From the IMG/VR virus record IMGVR_UViG_3300045988_129305, positions 25,078-89,077 of that record: 64,000 bases of DNA. One strand, 5' to 3'. The position numbers and the translations under genes are program-made. Under the pieces are notes generated by a model. That model worked only from the letters and a program-made list of their open reading frames with translations. It was not told the DNA's origin and ran no database searches. Numbering within the stretch: position 1 is the stretch's first letter; every line of letters begins with the position of its first letter. Origin of the DNA: a virus. Below, piece by piece: positions 62,868 to 64,000 of the stretch.

Positions 62868-63071
62868 TTATTCATTATCATAAACATTTTCACATACATA
62901 TACATAATCACAATCATTTACATTTACACTTTCATCTTCATTGCCACATTCAAATACATTTGCATTAACATAGCCAACATCATATTCATTTTCATGCTCA
63001 TTCACAATTGCATCATCAGCTCCATCAACATCATCATTCAGCGCATAAATGATAAAATTGGACGTCCACAA
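62868..63071 (-). CDS. putative highly acidic small protein (coding status uncertain)
   Basis: 67-aa ORF rich in D/E/N/V/Y that spans the whole CAT-NNN periodic stretch without a stop. TTG start with a weak SD. Confidence 0.35.
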   Translation of the reverse strand: MWTSNFIIYALNDDVDGADDAIVNEHENEYDVGYVNANVFECGNEDESVNVNDCDYVYVCENVYDNE

Positions 63072-63109
63072 TCATCCAGCTTCACCACAGCTTATTGCAG
63101 ATTCACGCC

Positions 63110-63157
63110 TTAACTTGAAATAACACAAAGCTTTACTTATAACTTATTTCAAGTTAA
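63110..63157. repeat. 14-bp inverted repeat (hairpin)
   Basis: TTAACTTGAAATAA (63110-63123) / TTATTTCAAGTTAA (63144-63157) with a 20-nt loop. Confidence 0.65.
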
Positions 63158-63389
63158 ATAAATAAAGGAATGTTAGCCGCCCACAAAATTCCCTGCAAAT
63201 AATGTACATATCAACACAAAATTCCACAATAAAATGCACGATAGGATAACATTAACTCACTTACAACGCCAATTGACCGATTATCACTTAACACACCACC
63301 AGTGCATTACCAGCGAATTTATTCGATTGTTATATATACCTCACGCGATTTTTTCAATTTTCATGTAATACGTTTCGCCCATCCGTACA

Positions 63390-63760
63390 TTTGTCGCAAA
63401 TTTGTAACAATTCGTAATCCTGGCGAAATGCGCGTGTATATGCCCGGAGTTTTAGAAAATTGATGTAATCCGTTAAAGCACTCAACTCAAACTTCAAATG
63501 CTTTAGCCCACTAAAGCGCTAAACTTCACTGTGATGAAGCGCTAATGAGTTAACACACTAACACACTATTGCTTTAGCGTGTAAAAGTAACTTTTTCGGC
63601 ACTTTGAGACCGCCACCCATAAGCTTGACTAATTATCATTAGTCACTAATTGTAACCAAATTGTAATCAATATTAAATTATCAAGGCGCAGAATTGTAAC
63701 TATATAACATTAAAATTGTTACCAGATTTTAACCAACTCAATGCAGCGGATCGCTTTAGG
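63390..63760. repeat. iteron-like short repeats in an ORF-free region
   Basis: AATTGTAA(C/T) at 63648, 63659 and 63692, AATTGTTAC at 63714 and TTTGTAAC at 63401. GCTTTAG at 63500, 63571 and 63753, plus inverted CTAAAGC at 63511. Confidence 0.6.
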
Positions 63761-63933
63761 TCTGCGCACGGCATACTGCATCTACATAAGACATTTATAT
63801 AAATCGCTCTCAGACCGCACAGGATCGCGCGCACCGCATTTTAAGCCGTGACAAATATATCTATACTCCCAAAGCTCAACGCGATTTTAGGCCGGTTTTC
63901 ATGCGTCTCAGAAATAAGCCGCATTAATCCCGT

Positions 63934-64000
<67 letters not shown>

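Noticed and set aside
62720-62968. 82-aa + strand ORF with a His-rich C-terminus
   Set aside because: The His run is a by-product of the CAT-NNN periodicity. The periodicity continues past an in-frame TAA, whereas the opposite strand is open across the whole periodic stretch. The N-terminal half overlaps the palindrome array.

Overview
The window is about 64 kb of a tailed dsDNA phage or prophage. Its expression signals are Firmicutes-like: AGGAGG-type Shine-Dalgarno sites, many TTG/GTG starts, TTGACA-17-TATAAT promoters, and roughly one-third GC by eye. All coordinates outside the ORF track were hand-counted and may be off by a few nt.

Layout:
(1) 0.16-26.2 kb, + strand: late module. It holds virion proteins, a major tail-tube-like gene split by a group I intron, a RuvC-like resolvase, and a tape-measure gene split by a 1.7-kb composite group I intron region that carries a homing endonuclease and a promoter-driven small membrane ORF. 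Tail fiber and baseplate genes follow, then a GC-rich three-ORF island, a 780-aa multidomain endolysin, and a second fiber-like unit.
(2) 26.3-62.7 kb, - strand: early/middle module driven by at least 12 near-consensus sigma-A-type promoters.
- Nucleotide metabolism: dUTPase, a ThyX-like protein, and anaerobic RNR NrdD/NrdG with two small redox proteins.
- Replication and recombination: RecD-like helicase, DnaB, DnaG-like primase, Pol III alpha-like polymerase, Sak4-like ATPase, DUF669-like protein, DHH/RecJ-like protein and a beta-CASP nuclease.
- Modification and integration: two DNA methyltransferases, a Lar-like protein, a PP-loop ATPase + cysteine desulfurase + RNA ligase operon, and a tyrosine integrase.
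(3) 60.1-61.6 kb: a promoter-to-terminator, ORF-free unit with tRNA-Leu(UAA), tRNA-Gln(UUG), two non-canonical tRNA-like elements and long spacers that may be a large structured RNA.
(4) 62.7-64.0 kb: an ORF-poor, repeat-rich control region ending in a (GACA)n microsatellite that runs off the window.

No rRNA, CRISPR array, reverse transcriptase or transposase was seen.

Most notable observations:
- the tRNA/ncRNA locus;
- the sulfur-transfer operon;
- a single in-frame TAG in the beta-CASP gene;
- the stacked group I introns in late structural genes.
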